This document shows, piece after piece, positions 9,195 through 17,102 of a DNA stretch of 32,323 bases (the stretch's first letter is position 1; each line of letters starts with the position of its first letter). Below the pieces are notes generated by a model. The model ran no database searches and had not been told where the DNA came from. It worked only from the letters and a program-made list of their open reading frames with translations. The stretch comes from Planctomycetota bacterium (GTDB lineage Bacteria; Planctomycetota; Planctomycetia; Planctomycetales; Planctomycetaceae): the NCBI GenBank assembly GCA_043718305.1, contig JAYSVZ010000725.1:1-32323 (forward strand), written 5' to 3'. The translations under genes and the position numbers were made by a program.

Positions 9195-10337
9195 CTACCG
9201 AATCGAGACTTCCACGTGCGTTCCGACCGGAACTTCTGGCCAAAGAACGCCGGTCTGTTCCACATGCACGAGAATCAGACTCTCGTGTCCGTGTGAATTG
9301 TTGTCGGTCGGGATCGCTTGCGGTGCGATTCGCTCGATCCGGCCAGTTCGGCGGGCTCCCCCGGGGAAGTGGACAGTGACCGCTTGATCGACCGCAAACC
9401 CTGAAATCCGCGAGGAAGGGATCTCGACCCGCAGGTGCCGCCGTGCATCGTCCAGCAATTCCACGATCGTCTGACCGGGCGTCACATGGTCGCCGACCTG
9501 GATGCGATAGACGCCGACCTTGCCGACCGCCAATGACGAAATCGTCAGGCCAGCCCGCGTCCCCTCGACACGTTCCAACTGAGCCTTCGCCCGAGCCACG
9601 CCAGCCTCGGCCGCATCGACTCCCGACTTACGACGGACTGTTGCGGGCAGCGAGGTCTTGGCCGTCTCCAGGCGATTCAGTTGTTGTTCACAGATTTCGA
9701 CCTGCGCCCCGGAGACATCGGCAGCGTTGGCCATCGTTTCCATTTTCAGAGCGGTCGTCATCCGCTCAATTTCGGGAACACCGCCCTCGACGATGAATGC
9801 CTTAAACATGGCGTCGCCGTCCTTCAACGACGCCGTTTGATTGAGAGCCAGCACATCGGCCAGCATGCTCTTCTCAAGTTCATAGTCGTATTTCTCTTTG
9901 AGATAGCTGGCCGACCGCAACTGGTAGTCGACGATCTTCTGATCGAGTTCCGCCAGCCGCCATTGCAGATCGAGTTCCGCCTCAGCCAGGCACTGTTGAT
10001 GCCCCACTTCGGCTTGGGCGATTTCGTCCTGGAGCGCCCCAATCTCCGTTTCCAGAGCTTCATCAGACAAGGTCGCCAGCGAATCGCCGATCGTGACGCG
10101 GTGCCCTTCGGGCTGAGCAATGGCTGTGATCCGCCCTGCTCGATCGGCGATAATGGGCGTCGTATGGGCTTCCAGATATCCGTCGAAACGATCCTGACCG
10201 TGTCGCTCATACCACACCGCGACTCCGATCCCCGCCACAAGTGCAGCCAGGCAGACAAACATGGTCCGAATCGGATGTGGCGTCTGGGGGGCTTCTGGAC
10301 TGACCGGAAATTCGGGTGGTGTCATGGGAGCCGACAT
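9195..10337 (-). CDS. HlyD-family membrane-fusion / periplasmic adaptor protein
   Basis: From ATG 10337 (MSAPMTPPEF...) there is one N-terminal TM (MFVCLAALVAGIGVAVW) and a lipoyl-like segment (ITAIAQPEGHRVTIGDSLATL). These are followed by a long coiled-coil hairpin and a C-terminal beta-barrel segment (VGVYRIQVGDHVTPGQTIVELLD...VTVHFPG). The tracked ORF start 10517 (TTG) adds an Arg/Ser-rich stretch that looks non-coding. Confidence 0.8.
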   Translation of the reverse strand: MSAPMTPPEFPVSPEAPQTPHPIRTMFVCLAALVAGIGVAVWYERHGQDRFDGYLEAHTTPIIADRAGRITAIAQPEGHRVTIGDSLATLSDEALETEIGALQDEIAQAEVGHQQCLAEAELDLQWRLAELDQKIVDYQLRSASYLKEKYDYELEKSMLADVLALNQTASLKDGDAMFKAFIVEGGVPEIERMTTALKMETMANAADVSGAQVEICEQQLNRLETAKTSLPATVRRKSGVDAAEAGVARAKAQLERVEGTRAGLTISSLAVGKVGVYRIQVGDHVTPGQTIVELLDDARRHLRVEIPSSRISGFAVDQAVTVHFPGGARRTGRIERIAPQAIPTDNNSHGHESLILVHVEQTGVLWPEVPVGTHVEVSIR

Positions 10338-10744
10338 GCGGAGTGTGCCTTGACGGTCGCGGGCGGCAGAATTGGCTGATCCCATGCCGGGGCGGAATCC
10401 CGAGTGAGAAGAGCGTCCCCTTCGAATCGGTCCCCACTGCCGGAAGAGTCGACGGAAGACTGAACTCCCGCATGTTTTCCCTCGACCGCTTGACCGACAC
10501 CCGCTCGGGGAAGGCAAGACCGGAAAGGTCTCTGGAATCGTTAAGGTTTCCCAGCTCTTGAGCCCGCTTGAAAACGGTGGCGCGGGCCGGGGGAGAATCT
10601 GGGTAAAAATGGTAGCGCACAGGCGTGCCGGAGCGTCTCATCCTGGCCGTTCGGGACACAACAAAGGGACACCCTCCAGAGAAGAGCCTCGGGACGCACA
10701 AGATTCGCTGTCGATGACCGGAACCGTGCCGACCCGTCAGGCGA

Positions 10745-10762
10745 CCAATCGCTGTCGATTGG
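10745..10762. promoter_or_regulatory. perfect 7-4-7 palindrome upstream of the Fur-family gene (candidate operator)
   Basis: ccaatcg-ctgt-cgattgg. A half-related direct copy gattcgctgtcgatg lies at 10702-10716. The site is about 110 nt upstream of ATG 10873, in the 535-nt divergent gap. Confidence 0.3.
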
Positions 10763-10872
10763 ATGGTCCGCTGGGAAGCGATCCGGGGTGAGGTTAGAAT
10801 CGGACGCTTGGACTTGGTCGTAATGCCCCGCATCACCGACCAAGGCGGCGACCCGTCTTTGGACCGACTCTC

Positions 10873-11373
10873 ATGGAATCCGCGCTTGTTAGCGTCAAGG
10901 TGGCGATCTCTCCGGCGGAGAAGTACCGCGAGTACCTCGGCACGAAGGGACTGCGGCTGACGCGTGAGCAGAGCATCATCGTGGAAGAGGTCTTCGCCTC
11001 GCATGAGCATTTTGACGCCGAGCAACTGATTGCTCGGCTGGGGCAGGCGGACAAAGGCCGCCGCGTCAGCCGCTCGTCGATCTATCGCTCGCTGGCGAAG
11101 CTCGAAGAGGCGGGGCTCATTCGGAAGGTCGCCCGGCAGGAGGACCGCGATGTCTACGAGCATGATTACGGCTATCCGCAGCATGACCACCTGATCTGTC
11201 GCAAGTGCGCCAAGCTGATCGAGTTTCACCAAGCATCGCTGGCAGAGGCCCTCGCCAAAGTGGCGGATGCCCACGGGTTCCGGATGGAGGCCCACCGCCT
11301 CGAAGTGTCAGGACTGTGCAAGGAGTGTTGCCGACCACCGGTCAGTCGACCGAAGAAGATGAATCTGTTATAG
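10873..11373 (+). CDS. Fur-family metalloregulator (Fur/Zur/PerR type not resolved)
   Basis: Winged-helix part LRLTREQSIIVEEVF..HEHFDAEQL...SRSSIYRSLAKLEEAGLI, metal-site HDHLICRKCAKLIEF, and a second CxxC (GLCKEC). Confidence 0.85.
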   Translation: MESALVSVKVAISPAEKYREYLGTKGLRLTREQSIIVEEVFASHEHFDAEQLIARLGQADKGRRVSRSSIYRSLAKLEEAGLIRKVARQEDRDVYEHDYGYPQHDHLICRKCAKLIEFHQASLAEALAKVADAHGFRMEAHRLEVSGLCKECCRPPVSRPKKMNLL

Positions 11374-11409
11374 GTCCGAACACCGTGATTCGCCAAAGGA
11401 TGCAGTCTC

Positions 11410-12759
11410 ATGCCGATCGATGTCACCTGTTCCAAGTGCGGCGAGGAATACCGGCTCAAGGACACTTTGGCGGGAAAAACAGTCCGCTGCAAATCGTGTC
11501 AAGCGACGCTCTCAGTGCCTGACAGTCAGTTCATGGATGACATTGATGAATATGAAGTGGTGGATGACGATGACGATTCCGTCGTGGCCCGACCCGGAAA
11601 AGGGAAACGGTCGAAGTCGTCCGTGAAGGTCAAATCGGGCAAGAAGTCGCAATCGTCGTCGTCCGATTCCGGGGACGTGATGAAGTGGGTGGCGGGATGT
11701 CTGATCGCGGGAGCGGTGTGCTTCTTGCTGATGTGTGCCGGGATCGGGTTCTTCGTAAAACGGGCTGCGAAGGACTTCGGACAACAACTCGACGTGATGA
11801 TTCAGGAGGAGGAGCAGCGCGCCCGTGAGGTAATCGCGGGCCGGGCGAATCTCGTGATCCCACCCGCAGGCCCCGCCCAGGCCGTTTACCCGATTGATCA
11901 GTATCTCGTGCCGACCTTTCCCGAAATGGGTCCCGCCGCGCTGACGGTCGGCAATGGCGTCACGGTGCATTTGGTCCAACTCTTTTCAGCCGACAAACCG
12001 CAACAGCCCGCGCACTCCATGACGATGCGGATTTATATGCCACCCGGAGAATCTGCACCGGGCTCTCGTCCGCTGGTGATCGTCGCTCCGGCGGGATCGA
12101 CGCTCATTGCCGGGAACAGCGTGGACGGGTTGGAGTACCATGACGAGACGCTCCCCTACGCCGCGGCGGGAGCAGTGGTCATCATGTTTTCGCTCGATGG
12201 CCCGATGAATGAAGAGGACGAAGAGGAGAGTTCCTACGGACTGGCTTACCAACAGTTCCGCGATGCCGGGGCGGGGACGCTCAATGCCAAGGTGACCCTC
12301 GATTACGCCCTGGCAAAGATTCCATCCGTCGACCCGAAACGGATCACGATCGCCGGACATAGCTCCGCCGGAACACTCTCGTTGCTCTACGCAGCGCACG
12401 AGCCGCGACTGGCTGCGGCAGTGGCCTACTGCCCGTGCGTCGATGTGGAGACGCGAGTCGAATGGGCCATCGATGAATTTGGCGATGGGGACTTGTTCAA
12501 AGGGTTAAAGGAGTTCACTCAGAAGTCTTCTCCGATGACGCACACCGACAAGGTGAAATGCCCGGTGTTCCTGTTCCACGCCATTGACGACTCAAACACA
12601 CCGTACGCCGATACGATGAAGTACCATGAACGGCTTAAAGCCGCTGGCAAGGACTCCACGATGTCCGAGCCCCCCGCCCACGGAGACCATTACCAGCCGA
12701 TGATCGACGAGGGAATTCCGCGGGCGATCCAGTGGATGAAGGAACGAGGCTTGTTGTAG
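11410..12759 (+). CDS. zinc-ribbon / single-TM / alpha-beta hydrolase (dienelactone-hydrolase or S9-like) protein
   Basis: N-terminal CxxC-x17-CxxC ribbon (CSKCGEEYRLKDTLAGKTVRCKSC), acidic then basic low-complexity linker, and TM (WVAGCLIAGAVCFLLMCAGIGFFV). The C-terminal domain has a nucleophile-elbow-like ITIAGHSSAG and a late D/H (FHAIDDSNTP...HGDHY). It starts 36 nt after the Fur gene on the same strand. Confidence 0.7.
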   Translation: MPIDVTCSKCGEEYRLKDTLAGKTVRCKSCQATLSVPDSQFMDDIDEYEVVDDDDDSVVARPGKGKRSKSSVKVKSGKKSQSSSSDSGDVMKWVAGCLIAGAVCFLLMCAGIGFFVKRAAKDFGQQLDVMIQEEEQRAREVIAGRANLVIPPAGPAQAVYPIDQYLVPTFPEMGPAALTVGNGVTVHLVQLFSADKPQQPAHSMTMRIYMPPGESAPGSRPLVIVAPAGSTLIAGNSVDGLEYHDETLPYAAAGAVVIMFSLDGPMNEEDEEESSYGLAYQQFRDAGAGTLNAKVTLDYALAKIPSVDPKRITIAGHSSAGTLSLLYAAHEPRLAAAVAYCPCVDVETRVEWAIDEFGDGDLFKGLKEFTQKSSPMTHTDKVKCPVFLFHAIDDSNTPYADTMKYHERLKAAGKDSTMSEPPAHGDHYQPMIDEGIPRAIQWMKERGLL

Positions 12760-12808
12760 GCCAGCGGTCTCACCGAGGCGCTGGGAACTCCATGACCGAT
12801 GACAACAA

Positions 12809-14218
12809 CTATGCGAACAACCGATCCAGCGGATCGCCAATCGCCATCCGGTGGGGTCTTCCGGTCGGGTCGAGAATATCGGTGTGCGGATCGATTCCGA
12901 AGCGGTGATAGATGGTAGCTGCCAAGTCACCCGGCGTCACCGGATCGGTGTCGGGGTAGGCCCCTCGGGAGTCACTCGAGCCGTAGACGGTCCCGCCGCG
13001 AATTCCGCCGCCCGCGAGCAGGACGCTGTAGCAGTTTGGCCAGTGGTCGCGGCCTCCACTTCCATTGATGACGGGGGTCCGACCGAACTCGCCCATCGCG
13101 ATAATGAGCGTCGAGTCAAGTAGGCCTCGCTGCTCGAGATCGTCCATCAGGGCTGAGACTCCCCGATCAAACGGCGGGAGCAGGTGTGACTTGAGTTGCT
13201 GGAAACATTGCGCGTGCGCGTCCCAGTTTTGGCCCTGCTGTCGATAATCATAGACCGTGACGAAGGGGACGCCCGCCTCGACGAGTCGGCGAGCCAGCAA
13301 AAGATTCTGCCCGCGCATCTCATGGGCGTACCCCACATCGCTGGCCGCTCCCGAACCCCAACCGTAGCGCTCCCGCGTCTCGGGCGGCTCTTGCGTGATG
13401 TCGAGGGCGCGGTGAATCTTCTCCGACTCCAGCAGCCGGTAAGCCCGGTCATAATAGGTGTCGAGGCTCCCTTGAACTGTCAGCACTTGATCGAGCGACT
13501 TCAGGAGCCGACTGCGGTCGCTCAGCCGGGTCTTCCCCAGGTCGGGAGCGGGAAGCAGCGATTCGACCTGATATCGTCGACCGGGAAGGTCGACCTCGAT
13601 CCGCAGGGGATCAACAGCCTGACCGAGAATGCCACCCCCTTGAGCGGGTGTCGGCACGACGTTGTGAAACACAAACGGGAGCGACGCCGACCGAACCTCG
13701 CCATCGGTCGGCTGGGGTGGGCGATACTTCGCGACGACGCTTCCATGGCACGGATAAAACTGCGGCAAGGGGGCAAAGAGTTCCCGGTCCGGGCCATCGA
13801 GCGGTCGCCCCGTCAAGGCATGAATCGACGCCGCATCGTGCAGCGTGGCCCGGTGCGTCATACTTCGAATGAGGGCGATCTTGTCCATCCGTTGGGCGAG
13901 CAACGGCAAGTGCTCACCGATCCGGACCCCCGGGGCGGCTGTCGCAATCGATTGAAACTCGCCGCGAATTTCCGGCGGGGCTTCGGGCTTGAGATCGAAC
14001 GTGTCGAGGTGGCTCGGCCCTCCATATTGAAACAGCAGGATGCACGCCCGGATCGGCGAACGCTTGGCGACCGGCCCCGCAGCGCGGGCCACGCCGGACC
14101 CCCAACCGCCAGCCAGCAAACCCAGCGATCCGATTCGCAGAAAGCCTCGTCGATCAATGAACGGGAGAGCCAGTCTTTGCATCAAGGCCCTCCCTCGAAT
14201 TCCTGCCCAGCCACTCAT
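12809..14218 (-). CDS. DUF1501 domain protein (sulfatase-like fold, Tat signal)
   Basis: Twin-arginine motif DRRGFLRIG, FQYGGPSHLDTFDLKPEAP, and C-terminal GEFGRTPVINGSGGRDHWPNCYSVLLAGGGIRGG. An alternative start at ATG 14182 (MQRLALPF...) is plausible. Confidence 0.85.
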   Translation of the reverse strand: MSGWAGIRGRALMQRLALPFIDRRGFLRIGSLGLLAGGWGSGVARAAGPVAKRSPIRACILLFQYGGPSHLDTFDLKPEAPPEIRGEFQSIATAAPGVRIGEHLPLLAQRMDKIALIRSMTHRATLHDAASIHALTGRPLDGPDRELFAPLPQFYPCHGSVVAKYRPPQPTDGEVRSASLPFVFHNVVPTPAQGGGILGQAVDPLRIEVDLPGRRYQVESLLPAPDLGKTRLSDRSRLLKSLDQVLTVQGSLDTYYDRAYRLLESEKIHRALDITQEPPETRERYGWGSGAASDVGYAHEMRGQNLLLARRLVEAGVPFVTVYDYRQQGQNWDAHAQCFQQLKSHLLPPFDRGVSALMDDLEQRGLLDSTLIIAMGEFGRTPVINGSGGRDHWPNCYSVLLAGGGIRGGTVYGSSDSRGAYPDTDPVTPGDLAATIYHRFGIDPHTDILDPTGRPHRMAIGDPLDRLFA

Positions 14219-14325
14219 CGGCTGGCGCTGATTCGTTTGTACCTTCCCGGGAGGGAGGGAGCAAGAGGATCACGACGGAATCTGTTGGGGCCGACTGAAC
14301 CGTTATGTAGCAGTCAGCGGCGGAG

Positions 14326-14808
14326 CTATTCGTGGTCGGCGATTTTGACCACGGCGAGCTTCATCGAGCCGCGTGGCAGTTTGACTTCGACCTGGTCCCC
14401 TTCTTTCTTACCCATGAGGGCCTTCGCGATGGGGCTGGTGGTCAGGATTTTCATGACTGGGCCGTCATAGTTTTCCTCGCCCGGACCGACGAACTCGTAC
14501 ATTTCCTCTTCGTTCATAGCGAGGTCTTTGACCGTCACGGTGGAACCGAACGTCACGACCCCCTTGGGCATTTCGGCCTTCTCGACGATGTAGCAACCGG
14601 CCAGCAAGGTCTTTATTTGAGCGATCCGGGCTGCCATCCGCCCCTGCTCCTCGCGCTGGCCGTGATATTCGGCATTCTCGCGCAAGTCGCCCTCAGCCCG
14701 GGCCTCGGCGATCCGCTCGGCGATGGCGGGCATCTCGACATCTTCCAGTTTTCGCAACTCTTCGCGTCGCTTGTCGAATCCCTCGCGGGTGATCGGTTGA
14801 CGGTCCAT
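14326..14808 (-). CDS. greA: transcription elongation factor GreA
   Basis: 160 aa. N-terminal coiled coil with [16 protein letters not shown], and a C-terminal FKBP-like domain [12 protein letters not shown]...[18 protein letters not shown]. Confidence 0.95.
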   Translation of the reverse strand: MDRQPITREGFDKRREELRKLEDVEMPAIAERIAEARAEGDLRENAEYHGQREEQGRMAARIAQIKTLLAGCYIVEKAEMPKGVVTFGSTVTVKDLAMNEEEMYEFVGPGEENYDGPVMKILTTSPIAKALMGKKEGDQVEVKLPRGSMKLAVVKIADHE

Positions 14809-14835
14809 GACGGCGGTCCTGCGTGGTGGTCAAAC

Positions 14836-14886
14836 TTCGCGTTGAAAAAACGCGAACACGGGACGCGGACCTCGCCGCGACCCGTG
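14836..14886 (-). promoter_or_regulatory. two adjacent hairpins in the greA 5' leader
   Basis: Read on the minus strand: cacgggtcgcggcgaggtccgcgtcccgtg (6+5 bp stem, 14857-14886), then ttcgcgtt-ttttc-aacgcgaa (8-bp stem, 14836-14856), then 27 nt to ATG 14808. Confidence 0.45.
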
Positions 14887-15072
14887 TCATACCGGAATTG
14901 TTATCGGACTCGGGTGGGGTTGTCTACATGGAAACAGCAATTTCGCCGTCCCGAGCCCGGGGACACCCCTCCAGAAAACCGACCAATGCGGACAATCGGG
15001 CGTTCAGGACATGGTCCAAAACAACTTCCCGATTTCACCAGTGGAAGTCAACCAGAGGCCCGAAGCGGCGGG

Positions 15073-15418
15073 CTTCCAAGGTGCGAAAACCACAGAATTC
15101 ATCTCGCAATCACATTGTGCCGGACGATTGACCTCAGCTCTTCATGAAGCCTGAGATGTCAATTTCAAGAGCAGAATATTGAACCACGGAATACACGGAA
15201 CACACGGAAAAAAAAGGAAATCAAGCGTCATCCGAACGTCTGACCGAGGGATGAATGTCTGTTTCTGGGGGATGTGGCAAGCGGAAAGTGGCTGCACTAT
15301 GAACGATTTCCTCCCGGTTCTGTTCCGTGTATTCCGTGTGTTCCGTGGTTCCTTCTCTGCCTTTGAAACTGGGATAAACACTGGGAATCTGTGGTCTGTC
15401 CACACCTTGAAAGCCCTG
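15073..15418 (+). repeat. ~350-nt repeat, copy A; contains a MITE-like core with ~30-nt terminal inverted repeats
   Basis: Collinear with 22067-22416. Core 15179-15352 has left arm ttgaaccacggaatacacggaacacacggaa and right arm ttccgtgtattccgtgtgttccgtggttc. Shared interior includes agcgtcatccgaacgtctg and gggatgtggca.g.ggaaagtggc. Shared flanks are ttccaaggtg.gaaa.ccac.gaatt and cacaccttg.aagccct. Confidence 0.85.
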
Positions 15419-15581
15419 ACCAGAAGGGGTCATGCCCTCGCGTGACCCTTCGTCCATTCGAGGTTCGTCTCCGCGCGGCGATGGGTGGTTGATGGCTGAT
15501 CGCTTCCTTCTTGTTGCGGCTGGGCCTTTCCTGTGGTCTTCTGTTCAAAGTCATATCGGGAAGTGGTTTTGAGCCAGCTCC

Positions 15582-16313
15582 TTACACGAACTCCTGAGTC
15601 GTCGGTTTGATCACCAGTTCCGCCACATGCGCCCGTGGCGGAAGCTGGGCGATGGCGACGAGGATCGAGGCGATGTCCTCGGGCTGAAGGATTTTCGCGC
15701 GGTGTTCGGCACTGACGGGAACCGGGCGGGCGTCGAGGATCGGAGTCTCGACTTCACCGGGGTAGACGTTGGTGATCCGGATGCCGCTATTCTTCTCTTC
15801 GATGGCAACGGTCGTCCCGAGGGCGGTCATGGCGAACTTGGAAGCACTGTATGCCACCCCGCCCAACACGCTCGCACGAATCCCCGCGACCGATGAGACG
15901 TTGATGATCAGCCCGTCGTTTCGCGACCGCATCTGTGGCAGTACGTAGTGCATCGCGTTGAAGGCCCCGGTCGCGTTCACCTGGATCAGCTTGTCCCAGT
16001 CCGCCGGGTCGAGATCGCGCATCGACCGCTTCGGAATATTGATCCCGGCGCAGTTGATCATGATGTCGATCCGCCCCAGCGTCTTCGTGGCCCACTCAAT
16101 CAACTCTTGAGCCTGCTCGCGGATTGACACGTCCCCGGCATGGCACAAGATCGCGGGGGAGCCAACGAACTTCGCAGCGGTTGCCTGTAACTTGTCGAGT
16201 CGCCGCCCGGAGATGGCCACGGTTGAACCGGCCTGCGCGAACGCGAGGGCACACCCGGCTCCAATGCCGGTTCCGCCGCCGATGATGAGGGTCGTTTTGC
16301 CTGCCAGTCCCAT
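15582..16313 (-). CDS. SDR-family oxidoreductase
   Basis: 243 aa with IIGGGTGIGAG (TGxxxGxG), NCAG and the catalytic YSASK (YxxxK). Confidence 0.9.
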   Translation of the reverse strand: MGLAGKTTLIIGGGTGIGAGCALAFAQAGSTVAISGRRLDKLQATAAKFVGSPAILCHAGDVSIREQAQELIEWATKTLGRIDIMINCAGINIPKRSMRDLDPADWDKLIQVNATGAFNAMHYVLPQMRSRNDGLIINVSSVAGIRASVLGGVAYSASKFAMTALGTTVAIEEKNSGIRITNVYPGEVETPILDARPVPVSAEHRAKILQPEDIASILVAIAQLPPRAHVAELVIKPTTQEFV

Positions 16314-16390
16314 GCTGCGCTCTCCCGGGGTCTCGTTGAGTTCTGCCGACGCAGTCTACGGGCCAGGGATAGCCCTTTGGCAAGTGTACA

Positions 16391-16431
16391 GAAAACGAAA
16401 AAACCGACTGTCCCGTTCGGAACGGTCGGTT
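16391..16431 (-). terminator. intrinsic terminator of the small Cys-rich protein gene
   Basis: The minus strand reads aaccgaccgttccgaacgggacagtcggtt followed by ttttttcgttttc. The hairpin sits about 50 nt after the stop at 16483. Confidence 0.8.
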
Positions 16432-16482
16432 GTCGCACAGCACTCACACCGGAGATCGAAGAGAGCAAACCCTCTCGATCCA

Positions 16483-16755
16483 CTAGTTCTTCGGAGCTTC
16501 GTTGGTCGCGCGGTCGCAAGCGATATCGCACTGATTGCCATCGCAATCGTCCTGCGTATCGCCGAAGTCCGAGCCGTAGTTCACGGCGTGGATCGAGCCA
16601 CTCGCATCACACTTCGAGAATCCGCTGAAGCTGTAGGCCTGATTCAGTTCCCCAATGGCGTCACCAACGTCATTGAGTTCGCTGACCACAGCGTGCTGCA
16701 CTTCACTCAGACCGACGATCAGGCCGATCACGAGAATGGTCGCGACGAGGACCAT
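16483..16755 (-). CDS. small membrane-anchored acidic Cys-rich protein (90 aa)
   Basis: ATG 16755. N-terminal TM MVLVATILVIGLIVGL, then an acidic region with 4 Cys (KCDASG...DDCDGNQCDIACD). It has its own strong intrinsic terminator (16391-16431). The only good Shine-Dalgarno sequence lies upstream at a 7-codon mini-ORF (see 16780-16806), so the true N-terminus is uncertain. Confidence 0.5.
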   Translation of the reverse strand: MVLVATILVIGLIVGLSEVQHAVVSELNDVGDAIGELNQAYSFSGFSKCDASGSIHAVNYGSDFGDTQDDCDGNQCDIACDRATNEAPKN

Positions 16756-16779
16756 TCCGCCGAGATCACGAAGCCGTGA

Positions 16780-16806
16780 TCATCATTTCAACAGAGCCTT
16801 CATCAT
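16780..16806 (-). other. 7-codon mini-ORF (MMKALLK) ending in tandem TGA TGA, in-frame with the downstream small-protein ORF
   Basis: The minus strand reads agggagatgaaaca-ATG ATG AAG GCT CTG TTG AAA TGA TGA tca cgg ctt cgt gat ctc ggc gga ATG(16755). GGGAGA lies 7 nt before the first ATG, and no comparable SD precedes ATG 16755. Confidence 0.5.
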
Positions 16807-17102
16807 TGTTTCATCTCCCTGCGCAATCTTTGACACCATGTCTGCTGGGGTCACATTGTTGAGCACAATGCTGGAACGGGATGGTTCCACCAGGACAGAC
16901 ATTCATCCGGAAGCCAATCTCGCGGGGTAGACGTTGCGGGGGAGATGAGGGGCTCCGCGTGGCTGTGCATGACTAAGGCATTCGCTGTGCTGCACGTCGA
17001 TGAATTACCGCTCTGTTTGGTTTAACTGGCTTCTATCGACGGAGAACCCCACGGAAGGCCGGGTTTGTCAGGAAGTCGGAACCGGACTTAACACCAAGTT
17101 GT

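Noticed and set aside
10207-11295. 362-aa minus-strand ORF spanning the divergent gap and the Fur-family gene; also 9681..10379 (+) antisense to the HlyD-type gene and 16192..16779 (+) antisense to the SDR and small-protein genes
   Set aside because: They overlap genes with clear family motifs on the other strand. Their translations are low-complexity (R/P/S/G-rich) and show no start context.
12761-12784. ccagcg-N12-cgctgg hairpin in the convergent gap between the hydrolase and DUF1501 genes as a bidirectional terminator
   Set aside because: It has only a 6-bp stem, a large loop and no flanking T or A runs, which is too weak to call.
13196-14470. 424-aa ORF on the plus strand
   Set aside because: It lies entirely antisense to the well-supported DUF1501 gene and runs into greA. 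Its composition is Arg/Pro/Gly/Ser-rich, typical of the mirror frame of GC-rich coding DNA, and it has no recognisable motif.
15142-15457. Short ORFs inside the repeat copies (for example 15179..15445 and 22174..22365, translating NHGIHGTHGKK / FRVFRVFRG), and similar ones in other repeats (1019..1324, 1558..2091, 8257..8754, 18655..19098)
   Set aside because: They are read in both orientations across palindromic repeat DNA. Their apparent conservation is explained by the nucleotide repeats themselves.
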